Shown piece by piece: positions 29,331 through 38,263 of a stretch of DNA of 64,000 bases (positions within the stretch are counted from its first letter, which is position 1; each line of letters opens with the position of its first letter). The notes beneath the pieces were generated by a model. That model had not been told where the DNA came from. It did not search any database and saw nothing but the letters and a program-made list of their open reading frames with translations. The stretch spans positions 124,001 to 188,000 of IMG/VR virus record IMGVR_UViG_3300027985_000843; one strand, 5' to 3'. Position numbers and translations under genes: made by a program.

Positions 29331-30206
29331 TCAGTAGTAGTCGTCCCCCGAGTCCACCTTCACGGGGCTTGGGCTTGGTTCAGGGGCTGGAGCCGCTGAG
29401 GCACCCTTTGGGAAGAACAACCCATGCAGGTGGTTGGCTCGCGCTGCGTACTTCGCGAGGTCCTCTTGGGCCCAGGACTCCATCAGGTCCGTGCTGGCTG
29501 TGAGGCTCGCTACGCGTTGAGTCAGCTCGTAGACGTCGAGACGAGCCTGGACATGGTCGAACTGCTTGCCCGATTCCACGAGCTGCCCGATCTTCTCGTC
29601 GACGGCCGACATCTTTTCGAGGATGCCGCTGACCGTCTTCTCTCCCGGGTTCAGCACCTGAGCCACCTTCGCAGCATCCACGTCCTCGACCTGGGTCACT
29701 TCAGGAGGCCGGTCCACACCAGCATCGAAGACCTTCGCTCCAAGACCGAGATAGGCTGTGTTGCTGCTTTGGTCGACGACCTTCGCAACGAACTTCTGCA
29801 AGATGCCCACGCCCTCGGCCATCTTCTTGGCGGGCACACGACCCGCTACCCGGTTCAGGTTTCCGATGTGCTGTAGGATGTTGTCGAGATCAGAGCTGAT
29901 CGTATCCATCGTTTTTCCTTGGCTCGTCTGTCGATCCGTGGGGATAAAAGGATGCGCTACCGCCCACCTACTCCGGCGAGGGGCCAGAAGGCTCCACAGA
30001 CGATCTTCGTCCACGCGGAGCATGACCTCCTCGCCCTTGAGGAACTTGTTGAGGACCTCTCGGGCCTTCCTACTTCCCCCAAGGCAAGCCTTAACCACGA
30101 AGTTCAGGACGGAGACGGACCCAAGGTTAAACTTCTGGCCGTCAGGCGTGCGAACCCAATTGGTGGCCTTGTCCGAGCCGATTGTGACGAGCAAACGTGC
30201 ACCCAT
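29331..30206 (-). CDS. Hypothetical protein with possible internal in-frame start at 29909
   Basis: 291-aa open frame with host-like codon bias; AAGGA + A-rich spacer + ATG at 29909. Confidence 0.8.
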   Translation of the reverse strand: MGARLLVTIGSDKATNWVRTPDGQKFNLGSVSVLNFVVKACLGGSRKAREVLNKFLKGEEVMLRVDEDRLWSLLAPRRSRWAVAHPFIPTDRQTSQGKTMDTISSDLDNILQHIGNLNRVAGRVPAKKMAEGVGILQKFVAKVVDQSSNTAYLGLGAKVFDAGVDRPPEVTQVEDVDAAKVAQVLNPGEKTVSGILEKMSAVDEKIGQLVESGKQFDHVQARLDVYELTQRVASLTASTDLMESWAQEDLAKYAARANHLHGLFFPKGASAAPAPEPSPSPVKVDSGDDYY

Positions 30207-30248
30207 TCACCTTGGGTGGGGTACGAAAGCTCTATTGAAAAATCCAGC

Positions 30249-31055
30249 CTACAGCCGCACGAGGACTTTGACGAGGGCTTCCAAGGGCAACAGTGTGCCC
30301 TTCACCGGGCTGTACAGGAAAGTCCCAGTGCTCTTCCAATCAGAGGGCTCCCCCATGGCCGCCTCGGCCTCGTTCAGGACATCCGCCCCCTTCAAGAGGT
30401 CGAAGGCCAGCAAGAGGCTTTTGCGGGCCGCCAGGACGTGGAGCCGGTCCCCCCTCTGACGAACCAACGCCCCCTTCAAGAAGCCCTGCCGAAACAGCTC
30501 GACCCAACCCTTCCTCAGGTCCTTGTGCTGCGTCTTCGCCAGAACGAAACCAACCGTGCCCACATCCAGCAATTCCGGCATCGGAACCCTGGGAGGCAAG
30601 GCGGGATAGGCGTCTTCCGTTATCGCGTAGAAAATCCACTCCACGACCGTAGCCAGACGCTTGTGCTGCTCCGACAACGACAGCCCCTCGGGCAGGTAGC
30701 TCTTCAGCAGCTCGAAGAACCGACCCATGTCCGACGTGATGTGGGCGCAACCGGACTCTCCGTACGCCTCCACCAGATGGGCTGCCACTATGAAGTCGGG
30801 TGTCCTCGGGTGAATGGCGAGCTGCCGGTTGAGAAACAGGGCGATGGCGAGCAGAGTGCTCACCGAATCCACCGATCGAGTCAGAAACTTGAGGGGAAAG
30901 GGCTTCCCCATGATCAGGTCGGAGTAGAAGTCCCCCAGGGCGGGCAGCCCTGTGTAGACATAGGGTCCCTTGAAAGTACCGAAGGCCACAACTGTATCTC
31001 CGACAACACCATCGTGTTTCGGATCGACAACGACCTGGAACTCAAACTCCTCCAT
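30249..31055 (-). CDS. Degenerate DHH/DHHA1-like protein (function tentative)
   Basis: Start at ATG 31055 (MEEFEF). C-terminal LNEAE....W.....SP..GT.LP.E.L resembles phage DHH-like proteins as recalled; no DHH triad present. Confidence 0.45.
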   Translation of the reverse strand: MEEFEFQVVVDPKHDGVVGDTVVAFGTFKGPYVYTGLPALGDFYSDLIMGKPFPLKFLTRSVDSVSTLLAIALFLNRQLAIHPRTPDFIVAAHLVEAYGESGCAHITSDMGRFFELLKSYLPEGLSLSEQHKRLATVVEWIFYAITEDAYPALPPRVPMPELLDVGTVGFVLAKTQHKDLRKGWVELFRQGFLKGALVRQRGDRLHVLAARKSLLLAFDLLKGADVLNEAEAAMGEPSDWKSTGTFLYSPVKGTLLPLEALVKVLVRL

Positions 31056-31073
31056 GTCTGGAGGGTACACCAA

Positions 31074-32060
31074 CTAGTTGGCGACGGGACCGTAAAAGGC
31101 GTCGGCGTCATCCTCTGCGATGTCGCCCCACTCGGCCAGCTCTTCGGAGGCTGACCGCCTTCGAGACTGTTGCCACGCTCGCAGAGAGTCGTCGAAGACC
31201 TTGATGATCTCGGCGGCCTGCTCCTGTGTGAAGCGTCGTCGGAAGTCGTCCGGCCCGTTGGGCATGGGACCAAACTTTCGGTCGAGGTTGTGCTTCTGCC
31301 AGAGCCACGCCTTGCCACTCAGGTGGTACTTGAGACGCTCGATCTGAGCATCTGTTGGACCTCCTCCAGGATTCTGTTGTGGCCTCGGAGCAGGTTGCTG
31401 GCTCCGCTGGTCGTTCTGGATTCGGTCGTGCTCGGCACGAGCTTCGAACTCAGTCAACGCATCCCTGAGATGCGTGATGAGCCGAGAAGCTGATCCATCG
31501 CGACCACCATCGAGCATCGAGAAGTCTTTGGGCTCGGTGCTACCGTCGAGCCCAAAGTCCTTCCAGTGGATCTGACCTTGCAGCTTCCGCTGGAACACCA
31601 TGGATACCAGCTTCTGGATGAACTCCATTTGCTTGGGAGAAGGACCACTCGCCGCAGGAGCTACTCCTTCGGCCCTCTTCTCCCAGTAGTCCTCGCTGTC
31701 TTCGTAGATGTCGATGAGCTTGTCGACACGATCGTCAAGAGCCGATCGCCAGTTCTTGGTGCGCATCACAAGCACAATTCCGTGCTTCTTCTGCGTGGCC
31801 TTGGTCATCAGGTATTCGCCCTTACCCTTGACCTTCAGGCTGACCAGGAAGACCTCGATGGCATCGTCCCCTACCCCACGAACCTCTTCACGTCCAATGG
31901 ACAGGGAGGTGTGAATGCGAACCCCAACATTGGGTCCGACCTGGAGGGTGTAAGTCAGCTGGTTGCCGATCCGGCCCGGCTTCGGACGGTATGGACGGTA
32001 GGAGTTCATGACGAACTTCTCCATCTCATCCTTGGAGATCTCGACGTACCGATCAGCCAT
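31074..32060 (-). CDS. Hypothetical, possibly nucleic-acid-binding protein with two P[ST]xxQ helical repeats
   Basis: ATG 32060 overlaps the helicase stop, SD GAGGGAG. N-domain R.VG.DAI.V...RT.NWR; repeats GPSPKQMEFIQKL and GPTDAQIERLKYHL. Confidence 0.8.
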   Translation of the reverse strand: MADRYVEISKDEMEKFVMNSYRPYRPKPGRIGNQLTYTLQVGPNVGVRIHTSLSIGREEVRGVGDDAIEVFLVSLKVKGKGEYLMTKATQKKHGIVLVMRTKNWRSALDDRVDKLIDIYEDSEDYWEKRAEGVAPAASGPSPKQMEFIQKLVSMVFQRKLQGQIHWKDFGLDGSTEPKDFSMLDGGRDGSASRLITHLRDALTEFEARAEHDRIQNDQRSQQPAPRPQQNPGGGPTDAQIERLKYHLSGKAWLWQKHNLDRKFGPMPNGPDDFRRRFTQEQAAEIIKVFDDSLRAWQQSRRRSASEELAEWGDIAEDDADAFYGPVAN

Positions 32061-35000
32061 TGTCCACTCCCTCATTCCACCGAATCGAAGCCTCGACCAA
32101 GTCCTCTTCGGTCATGTCGTCCTCAGAGGGGTCGGCGCCCCACCAGATGGATGCGTCAGCAGCTGTCTTGGAGGTCACGCCGTCGACCGCTGCCGCAGCT
32201 TCGCCCGCCACACCTGCCGGGTTGACGTTCTCTCCTGGTGCCAAGCCCGCTTCCAACACGAACCGACTGATACCCGAAGGCTTGTTGTTCAACCTCTTCG
32301 GGCAGATGATCGTGAGGTTCTTCTCAGCACGAGTGATGGCAACATACCCAAGACGCCGTTCGTCTTCGAGTTGCTTCTGTTCCTTCTCGGGCGGAGGCGG
32401 GGGCTCGTCTGGTTTCGTGAACAGAGGCATGGGGAACTTGCTGTCCGGCATGGGGACGTAGACGTTCTTCCACTCCAGACCCTTCGTGCTGTGCACTGTG
32501 TTCAGGGACATGAAGTCCGAAGGCCCCTCAGGGAGGACCTCACCACGCTTGAGGGCCGCCTTGCGCTCCTCCTCTGTCGGGACTCGCAGGCTCTTGGCCC
32601 GATCTTCGTAGCGAAGCATCTTGGCGGCAAACCCTGCCGGCGTGTTGGGGTTCTGGGCCACGTCACCAGGATCCGTTGGATCGACTTCCGTGAGAAGATA
32701 CAGGAAGGACACGTTGCCCAAACCAAGTTCGGACGCGTTGACGTCTCCCACGGCTTCCTTGTCAACATTGTCTTCGTCGGTCGAGTTCCGGAGGTCCCCT
32801 TCGATGTTCTCACGAAGAGAAATCGACTTCCATTCGGAGCGGCCTGTTTCCTCGTTGATGGTAGGGACCTCACTGCGGATGTCCAGGATGGCACCGAACA
32901 AGTCCTTGGTGGTGGTCTCTTCCTTGTCAGCGTTGGCCTGAATCTCCATGAGTTCATCACGAAGGGCCTCGATCTTGCGCATGGCCGGCTTGATGCCGTT
33001 GTGGCTCTTGGCAAGCCTGCTCGCCAACATCTCGACGAAGACTCCGTCCCTGAGCGCCTTGATGGGGCTGATGGCACTCACATCCTCCCCCTTGCGACGG
33101 GCATACTCCCGGAAGACCCCCTTGACGATGTCAGGGCCTTCTTTGCCACGGAAGAAGCGCAGGGGTGAATCGATGACGTTGCCGAAGGACTCCTGCATCC
33201 TTTCGTAGTCGCTGCCCATGATCAGGTCGACGTACCCGAGCACAGCCTTCGCCTCTGAAGACTCCAAGAACCCCTTCCCGCCCTTTCGTTGGTAGGGGAC
33301 ACCTCGAACGATGCATGCTGTCTCGTAGGAATTCAGTTCGGCGTTGGTGCGGGTGAGAACAGCATGATTCTTGAACTCGTCACCATCGGGCCGATCCACT
33401 GCCGCCTTGACCCGATCGATCACGGAGATGGCTGCCGCTGCCTCGTCCACGGGAAGTTCGACTCGGATGGAGGCGTTGCCCGACTGACGTGCCGGGTTGG
33501 CGTTGGCCTCCATCGGAATCTGATCCTCGTTGTTGGCGATGAGCTTGTTGGCTGCCGTGATGATCTCAGGCTCGCACCGGTAGTTGGTTCGGATCATCCG
33601 AACCGTAAACTCCTCGTTCGTAGCCAGGGCAATGAACAGGTCAGGTCGAGCCCCACGGAAGCCGTAGATCGACTGCTTGTCGTCTCCCACCATCCACAGG
33701 GACCGACCATCCTTGCCGTCACCCACCTGTTCCGTGATGTAGCCGATGACCTCGTGCTGGATCGTGTTCATGTCCTGGCACTCGTCGACGATGACGTGGT
33801 CGAGTCCAGACTGAATCTTCTTCCTCGCGGCAGGGTTCCGGCGGAGAATGTCCCGAGCGATCGAGAGCTGATCATCGAAGTCGCCGGCTGGAACCAAGCG
33901 AGAGCGGTTGTTGTACTGAACAGTTCGGACAGACGCGAGGAAGGCTTCCCATTGAGTGGTTCGCCTGTTGGACGGAGGCCGACGTCCCCACTGCCTGGCC
34001 TTCTGGACATTCTCCTGGTGCTCTTCCTCGATCGCCTCTCGTTGGCGCTCTTCGCAAGGAGGTTCCCAGTTCTTGCCATTGGACGTCTTGAACTGGTTGT
34101 ACCATTCGTACCAGCGGGCTGCGAGGGCCTCTTCCTCGTTCTCAGCGATCTCTGCCGCCTTCTGCGGAGAAATGTCATTGCCCGCCCAAAGGCTCTTGTA
34201 CAACATCATGGTGCTGAGCGGTGGCACGTTTTCCTTGCCGTAGCAGGCGCCCCACACCTTGTTGACCCACCGACCAATCTTGCTGCCGTCTCCCGTGAAG
34301 GCGGCCTCTACTGCCATCTGTTCGTCTTCGTTGCCGAAGTCCTTGATGACTCGCAAGAAGGTCGAGTGCAGTGTGCCGAGCTTGCCCGACGCGTCCATGC
34401 GTTTGACCACGTCCTCACCAAGCGTGGGCTTGAGACGTTCTGCCAGCTCCTTGCCCGCCTTCTTGTTGAAGGTCGTGGCGAGGATCCTCGTGGGCGCCAC
34501 CCCCCGATCCAGGACCAAGTGGGAGATTCGAGCCACGGCCGTCCGTGTCTTGCCCGAACCGGCCGACGCTGCCACGAGCACCTTGCCGTCTGTGAGAGCA
34601 GCCGCTCGTTGCTCATCGTCGAGCCCCTTGAGGGTCTGGGGGATGTTCTGTGGGTTGGAAAGGTCGGTTACGGCCGTCAGAGCGGCCGCTGTTGCGATTC
34701 CCACCACCTCGGACTTCTTCGGGGGCACGTCGGGCTCCCCGCTCGCTTCTAGGGCCTTCTGAGCCTTGGCAGTGGCCTCTTGCTCTACGATGGCAACAGT
34801 TTCAGCCCGAGCAGCCTTGGCTTCCTGAATCTCCTCAGGGTCGACAGCCGCGAGCTGTCGAGCTTGCTGGGCCACGAGAGTGCTGGCCTGATCAGTCACC
34901 TCGCTCGCACCCACTTCCACGGGAGACACGAACTCGGGGAAGAATTCGTCCGCACGAAGGGGCCTCGCCACCTCGTCTGCCCAGTCAATCCACTTGCGGA

Positions 35001-35652
35001 TGAGGGCGTGCTTCACGGGAATGGCTGCGAGCTTCTTGAGGGCGGCATCCCCGTCATCCATCTGGACGGCGGCGAAGGCTTCCTGCACTTGGTTGCGGAG
35101 CTTGATCTTGTTCCCGAACACACCCTTGAGCGTCTTCGGGCCGCCGCGCGTCACCACGCCGCGAAGGTCCCGGGCTCGAACCGCCATACTCTGAGGGCTT
35201 CGAGCAGGCTTGCGCATCGCCCGGTCCAGCTTGGTGTGATACTGCTCCGGCAAGTGTTCACGCATGAAGTCGGTGAACTGGGCCATCTCTGAGTCGAGGC
35301 GCCGCATCAGTCGGACACCCGCCTGGACAACCTTGTCTACGGGATTCTCTCGGTTCTGTTCGAGCTTGACGAGTTGCTCATCGATGTCAGCAACCTGATC
35401 GTAGTCCAGCTCTCCCGCACCATTGTCCACAACGGACATCAGGGCTTCCCGACGTTCCGTCAGGGTCTGGATCTTGAACTGGATGGTGCTCTCCAAGTGC
35501 CTAGAGTACACATCAAAAGCTTGAACGAAGATCAGGTACTCGGAAGCCTGGTATGCCTCCAACGGCTCCGCTTCCCCCTCCTCCATGGCAGCTAGATGCT
35601 GCGTGAAGTCTTCGACTGCTGCCCGGAGTTCTTGCTGTTGCTGTGCATCCAT
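32053..35652 (-). CDS. uvrD: UvrD/Rep/PcrA-family SF1A helicase with ~340-aa N-terminal extension
   Basis: All motifs present: LDDEQ, ASAGSGKT, TTFNKKA, TLHS, VDECQD, VGDDKQSIYGFRGA, NYRC, TVHSTKGLEW, EDERRLGYVAITRA. Start either ATG 35652 or TTG 35673. Confidence 0.95.
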   Translation of the reverse strand: MDAQQQQELRAAVEDFTQHLAAMEEGEAEPLEAYQASEYLIFVQAFDVYSRHLESTIQFKIQTLTERREALMSVVDNGAGELDYDQVADIDEQLVKLEQNRENPVDKVVQAGVRLMRRLDSEMAQFTDFMREHLPEQYHTKLDRAMRKPARSPQSMAVRARDLRGVVTRGGPKTLKGVFGNKIKLRNQVQEAFAAVQMDDGDAALKKLAAIPVKHALIRKWIDWADEVARPLRADEFFPEFVSPVEVGASEVTDQASTLVAQQARQLAAVDPEEIQEAKAARAETVAIVEQEATAKAQKALEASGEPDVPPKKSEVVGIATAAALTAVTDLSNPQNIPQTLKGLDDEQRAAALTDGKVLVAASAGSGKTRTAVARISHLVLDRGVAPTRILATTFNKKAGKELAERLKPTLGEDVVKRMDASGKLGTLHSTFLRVIKDFGNEDEQMAVEAAFTGDGSKIGRWVNKVWGACYGKENVPPLSTMMLYKSLWAGNDISPQKAAEIAENEEEALAARWYEWYNQFKTSNGKNWEPPCEERQREAIEEEHQENVQKARQWGRRPPSNRRTTQWEAFLASVRTVQYNNRSRLVPAGDFDDQLSIARDILRRNPAARKKIQSGLDHVIVDECQDMNTIQHEVIGYITEQVGDGKDGRSLWMVGDDKQSIYGFRGARPDLFIALATNEEFTVRMIRTNYRCEPEIITAANKLIANNEDQIPMEANANPARQSGNASIRVELPVDEAAAAISVIDRVKAAVDRPDGDEFKNHAVLTRTNAELNSYETACIVRGVPYQRKGGKGFLESSEAKAVLGYVDLIMGSDYERMQESFGNVIDSPLRFFRGKEGPDIVKGVFREYARRKGEDVSAISPIKALRDGVFVEMLASRLAKSHNGIKPAMRKIEALRDELMEIQANADKEETTTKDLFGAILDIRSEVPTINEETGRSEWKSISLRENIEGDLRNSTDEDNVDKEAVGDVNASELGLGNVSFLYLLTEVDPTDPGDVAQNPNTPAGFAAKMLRYEDRAKSLRVPTEEERKAALKRGEVLPEGPSDFMSLNTVHSTKGLEWKNVYVPMPDSKFPMPLFTKPDEPPPPPEKEQKQLEDERRLGYVAITRAEKNLTIICPKRLNNKPSGISRFVLEAGLAPGENVNPAGVAGEAAAAVDGVTSKTAADASIWWGADPSEDDMTEEDLVEASIRWNEGVDNG

Positions 35653-35699
35653 CTTACCGACTCTCGGAGACAAGTAGAAACGCTATACCAGCACGTAAC

Positions 35700-35732
35700 A
35701 AGGCCCGGCGTCAACAGCTGACGTCGGGCCTT
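35700..35732 (-). terminator. GC-rich hairpin after HU, candidate intrinsic terminator
   Basis: AAGGCCCGACGTCA-loop-TGACGCCGGGCCTT, 13/14 paired; the U-tract is weak (CCTTGTT). Confidence 0.55.
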
Positions 35733-35751
35733 CGGCGACTACGGTCGAGGT

Positions 35752-36069
35752 TCAGGCAACGGCATCCTTGAGGGCCTTGACGGGGGCTGACTTGACGGCC
35801 TTCGAGGCCGGCTTGGCCTTGAACGTCATCTCTTCCCCCGTGAACGGATTGCGGCCCTTGCGGGCGGCCGTCGCGGGCTTGACCTTCACGGTGAACTTGG
35901 CGACGCCCGGAAGCGTGAAGACTCCCGCCGTCTTGAGTTGCTTCGCCATGATCCCCTGGACGGCGTTGAGGAAGCCGGCGGCCTCCGACTGGGTGCAACC
36001 GCAGTCTTCCGCGAGGGACTTGACGAATTCAGCCTTGGTCATTGGTTTCTTGGTGGTGGTTTTGCTCAT
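35752..36069 (-). CDS. hup: HU-family DNA-binding protein
   Basis: MTKAEFVKSLAE...FTLPGVAKF...KPAT.ARKGRNPFTGE.MTFKAKPA. True start ATG 36069 after GGGGAG. Confidence 0.92.
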   Translation of the reverse strand: MSKTTTKKPMTKAEFVKSLAEDCGCTQSEAAGFLNAVQGIMAKQLKTAGVFTLPGVAKFTVKVKPATAARKGRNPFTGEEMTFKAKPASKAVKSAPVKALKDAVA

Positions 36070-36121
36070 GCTCCCCCATATACACCAAGACGGGGAAGTT
36101 ACAGAGCAAATTTTCACGAGG

Positions 36122-36859
36122 CTAGCCCCTAAGAATCTTGGCGAATACCCGGATGGGGCCGTGAATCTTGATGGACCCCGACACCACCGAAGGGGCCACC
36201 ATGAACTTGACCTGAAGGTCTGTCACATACCCGGTGATGCCAGACAGGGTCTTCCGGCCACTGAGATGCAGCATCTGAGGGCCGTGAATCGTGTCGATGA
36301 ACTTCCGGTAGGTGCTCGCGATGGCACTATTGCCCGAGTTGTAATCCACCCGAAGGTAAGTCTCCCACGTGCTGCCAGTTCCGACGTCGTAGACGTCACA
36401 GGACGCCTCCACTTCGATGATGTCGTTGTTCGTGACATACTGACCGGACATATCCAACGTGAGCAATGTGGTGAGGTCTGTGGTGGCGATGACCGTCTCG
36501 TCAGACGTGGTCCCTGACACGTCCTCAGTTTCGTACTGACGAACATGGTAGTTGACCCGTGTTGGCTGCGACCATACAATCACACCCGAACCAGGATCGG
36601 CCGAATAGGTAGCAATGGTGCCGGCACCCTTTGACCACGCATTCAAGTAGGACGGGGAAGCATCATCGTCCCGACTCCACCCGGTAACACCGTAAACAGC
36701 GTTCACCGACTGCTCAAAACCGTTACCGGTCGAATAGAGCCGGGTCTTGATTGTGCCGGTACCTGACTCCCAAACCAGATGGAAGTTCGACAGGCCACGG
36801 TCATCGTATGAAGCGATGCCCCCAGGAGTTTGCAGGGACTTGTCTGTGAATTTGGGCAT
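36122..36859 (-). CDS. Hypothetical beta-rich protein, possibly virion-associated
   Basis: 245 aa, Ser/Thr/Gly/Tyr-rich; ATG with GAGGA; no family recognised. Confidence 0.75.
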   Translation of the reverse strand: MPKFTDKSLQTPGGIASYDDRGLSNFHLVWESGTGTIKTRLYSTGNGFEQSVNAVYGVTGWSRDDDASPSYLNAWSKGAGTIATYSADPGSGVIVWSQPTRVNYHVRQYETEDVSGTTSDETVIATTDLTTLLTLDMSGQYVTNNDIIEVEASCDVYDVGTGSTWETYLRVDYNSGNSAIASTYRKFIDTIHGPQMLHLSGRKTLSGITGYVTDLQVKFMVAPSVVSGSIKIHGPIRVFAKILRG

Positions 36860-36906
36860 GTGGTCCTCGATGATAGGCGTTCACTCCTATCGAGGTCACA
36901 AGGAAA

Positions 36907-38199
36907 TTACACGGGAAGCACATCCAGCAGCCGGTGCCTAAGGTACTCGGGATCTGTGTAAGGTTCGTCCTCACGGATCACCAAAAGGTGATAGCGACCA
37001 TCGTCGACAACTTGTCGAGCCTTCTCAGCGTCCCGTTCAACCATGGCATCGAACAGGATACGATCTTGGATGTAGACGCTCGGGAATGTCCAGTGCTGGT
37101 AGCCGTGAAACTCGACGATGAGGTTGTGGCTAGGGAAGAACCCGTCGAAGCGGAAGCGGTGCCCTGTCTTGGGGTTCGTGAACTTCCGGGGGCTCCACTC
37201 CATCTCGTAAGGGGTTCCTAGAACGTCCTTGACAGCCTCCAAACATAGAATCTGACGCAGAGCGTGCACCCTGACAGGCAATCCGAGTCGCACGCATTCC
37301 TTGCGGATCGTGGTTGCTGTATGGCCCAAGCCTCGCATGGCGTGTGCAAGAACCACCCTGCCATTAACCTGACGGTAGGGCTCAAGTTGCTCCGCCGTGA
37401 GTACAACCCGTGTGACTTCGGCTGACTTGCGGCTCATCTCGTGAAACCTGCCATCAGCCTTGTCCCGCTCAACACGGGCACCCACATACTTGGTCGAAAG
37501 CCGAAGCCCCAAAGACTCCATGTAGGCCGTGATAGTGGGTTCACAAAACCCAAGCTCTTCCGCCATGGCACGCCGATCCACAGCCCCGGTAGCGTCTAGG
37601 AACGGTGTGAAATCCACCTGGGATAAGTCCGCCTTGAGTCCATTCGTACAGGGACCGCCCGTCTTAAGGGCCGACAGCTTCTCAGCCGTGCTACGAAGGC
37701 TCGGATGGTCGCCTTTCGTGAGCCCCTTGCTCCACGACTTTCGGCCCTTCATCCCAGCCGCAGCACGGGCAACACGCTCGTCCGTCTCCTTGGTCAAGCC
37801 TCGGTTCCACCCCGCACTGGCCGACATTTTCGCCCGCGTCTCAGCAGACAGCTTCCGGCCCTTGAGTGGTGATGGCTTGCGGACCTTCGGTTTGGAAGCC
37901 TTGTCCCTTGCCTTGCAAGCAGGGCAACGAAGGTCTTTCGAGGCGGATGTGGCCGCTACCTCATGAACAACTCCACAAGGGCACGTGACCGCCTTCCTGA
38001 GCCCCTTGCGGGGCTTCTCAGCATGGGCCTTAGAGATAGCAGCACGTCGGTTCGACTCACAGACTTCCGACCGAATACGAGCCTCGGGAAACTGCTCTCG
38101 GTACGCATCCGCCGTGATGCCGTGTGCTGCCTTGAGGTGCCTTGCAAGGGTTTGGGCTTGGTGCCCGCAGATGAGGCAGGAGACTAGGGTTTCCAGCAT
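36907..38199 (-). mobile_element. Free-standing homing-type endonuclease: MucR-like Zn finger + NUMOD3 + PD-(D/E)XK (Vsr/DUF559-like) domain
   Basis: CLICG....L..HL...HG.T...YR..FP; KGRKLSAETRAKMS; two W.KGLTK repeats; FRFDGF......VEFHGYQHW. Inserted just downstream of the sheath gene. Confidence 0.8.
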
Positions 38200-38205
38200 G
38201 CTTTC

Positions 38206-38244
38206 AGCCTAGCTCTTGATTATCAGCCTGTCAAGAGCTAGGTT
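38206..38244. promoter_or_regulatory. Perfect 12-bp inverted repeat containing sigma70-like promoters on both strands
   Basis: CCTAGCTCTTGA (38208-19) / TCAAGAGCTAGG (38231-42). Minus strand: TTGACA-17-TAGGCT-6-ATG. Plus strand: TTGATT-17-TAGGTT. Confidence 0.7.
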
Positions 38245-38263
38245 TAGAAAGTTCTGGCCCCTG

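Noticed and set aside
31070-31081. Perfect palindrome CCAACTAGTTGG
   Set aside because: A single 12-bp palindrome spanning a stop codon can occur by chance; noted only because it abuts a TGGTGTA motif.
32053-35652. Intein or intron in the enlarged helicase
   Set aside because: Helicase motifs are in normal order. No C/S...HN-[CST] intein ends or LAGLIDADG blocks were seen, and the extra length is mainly N-terminal.
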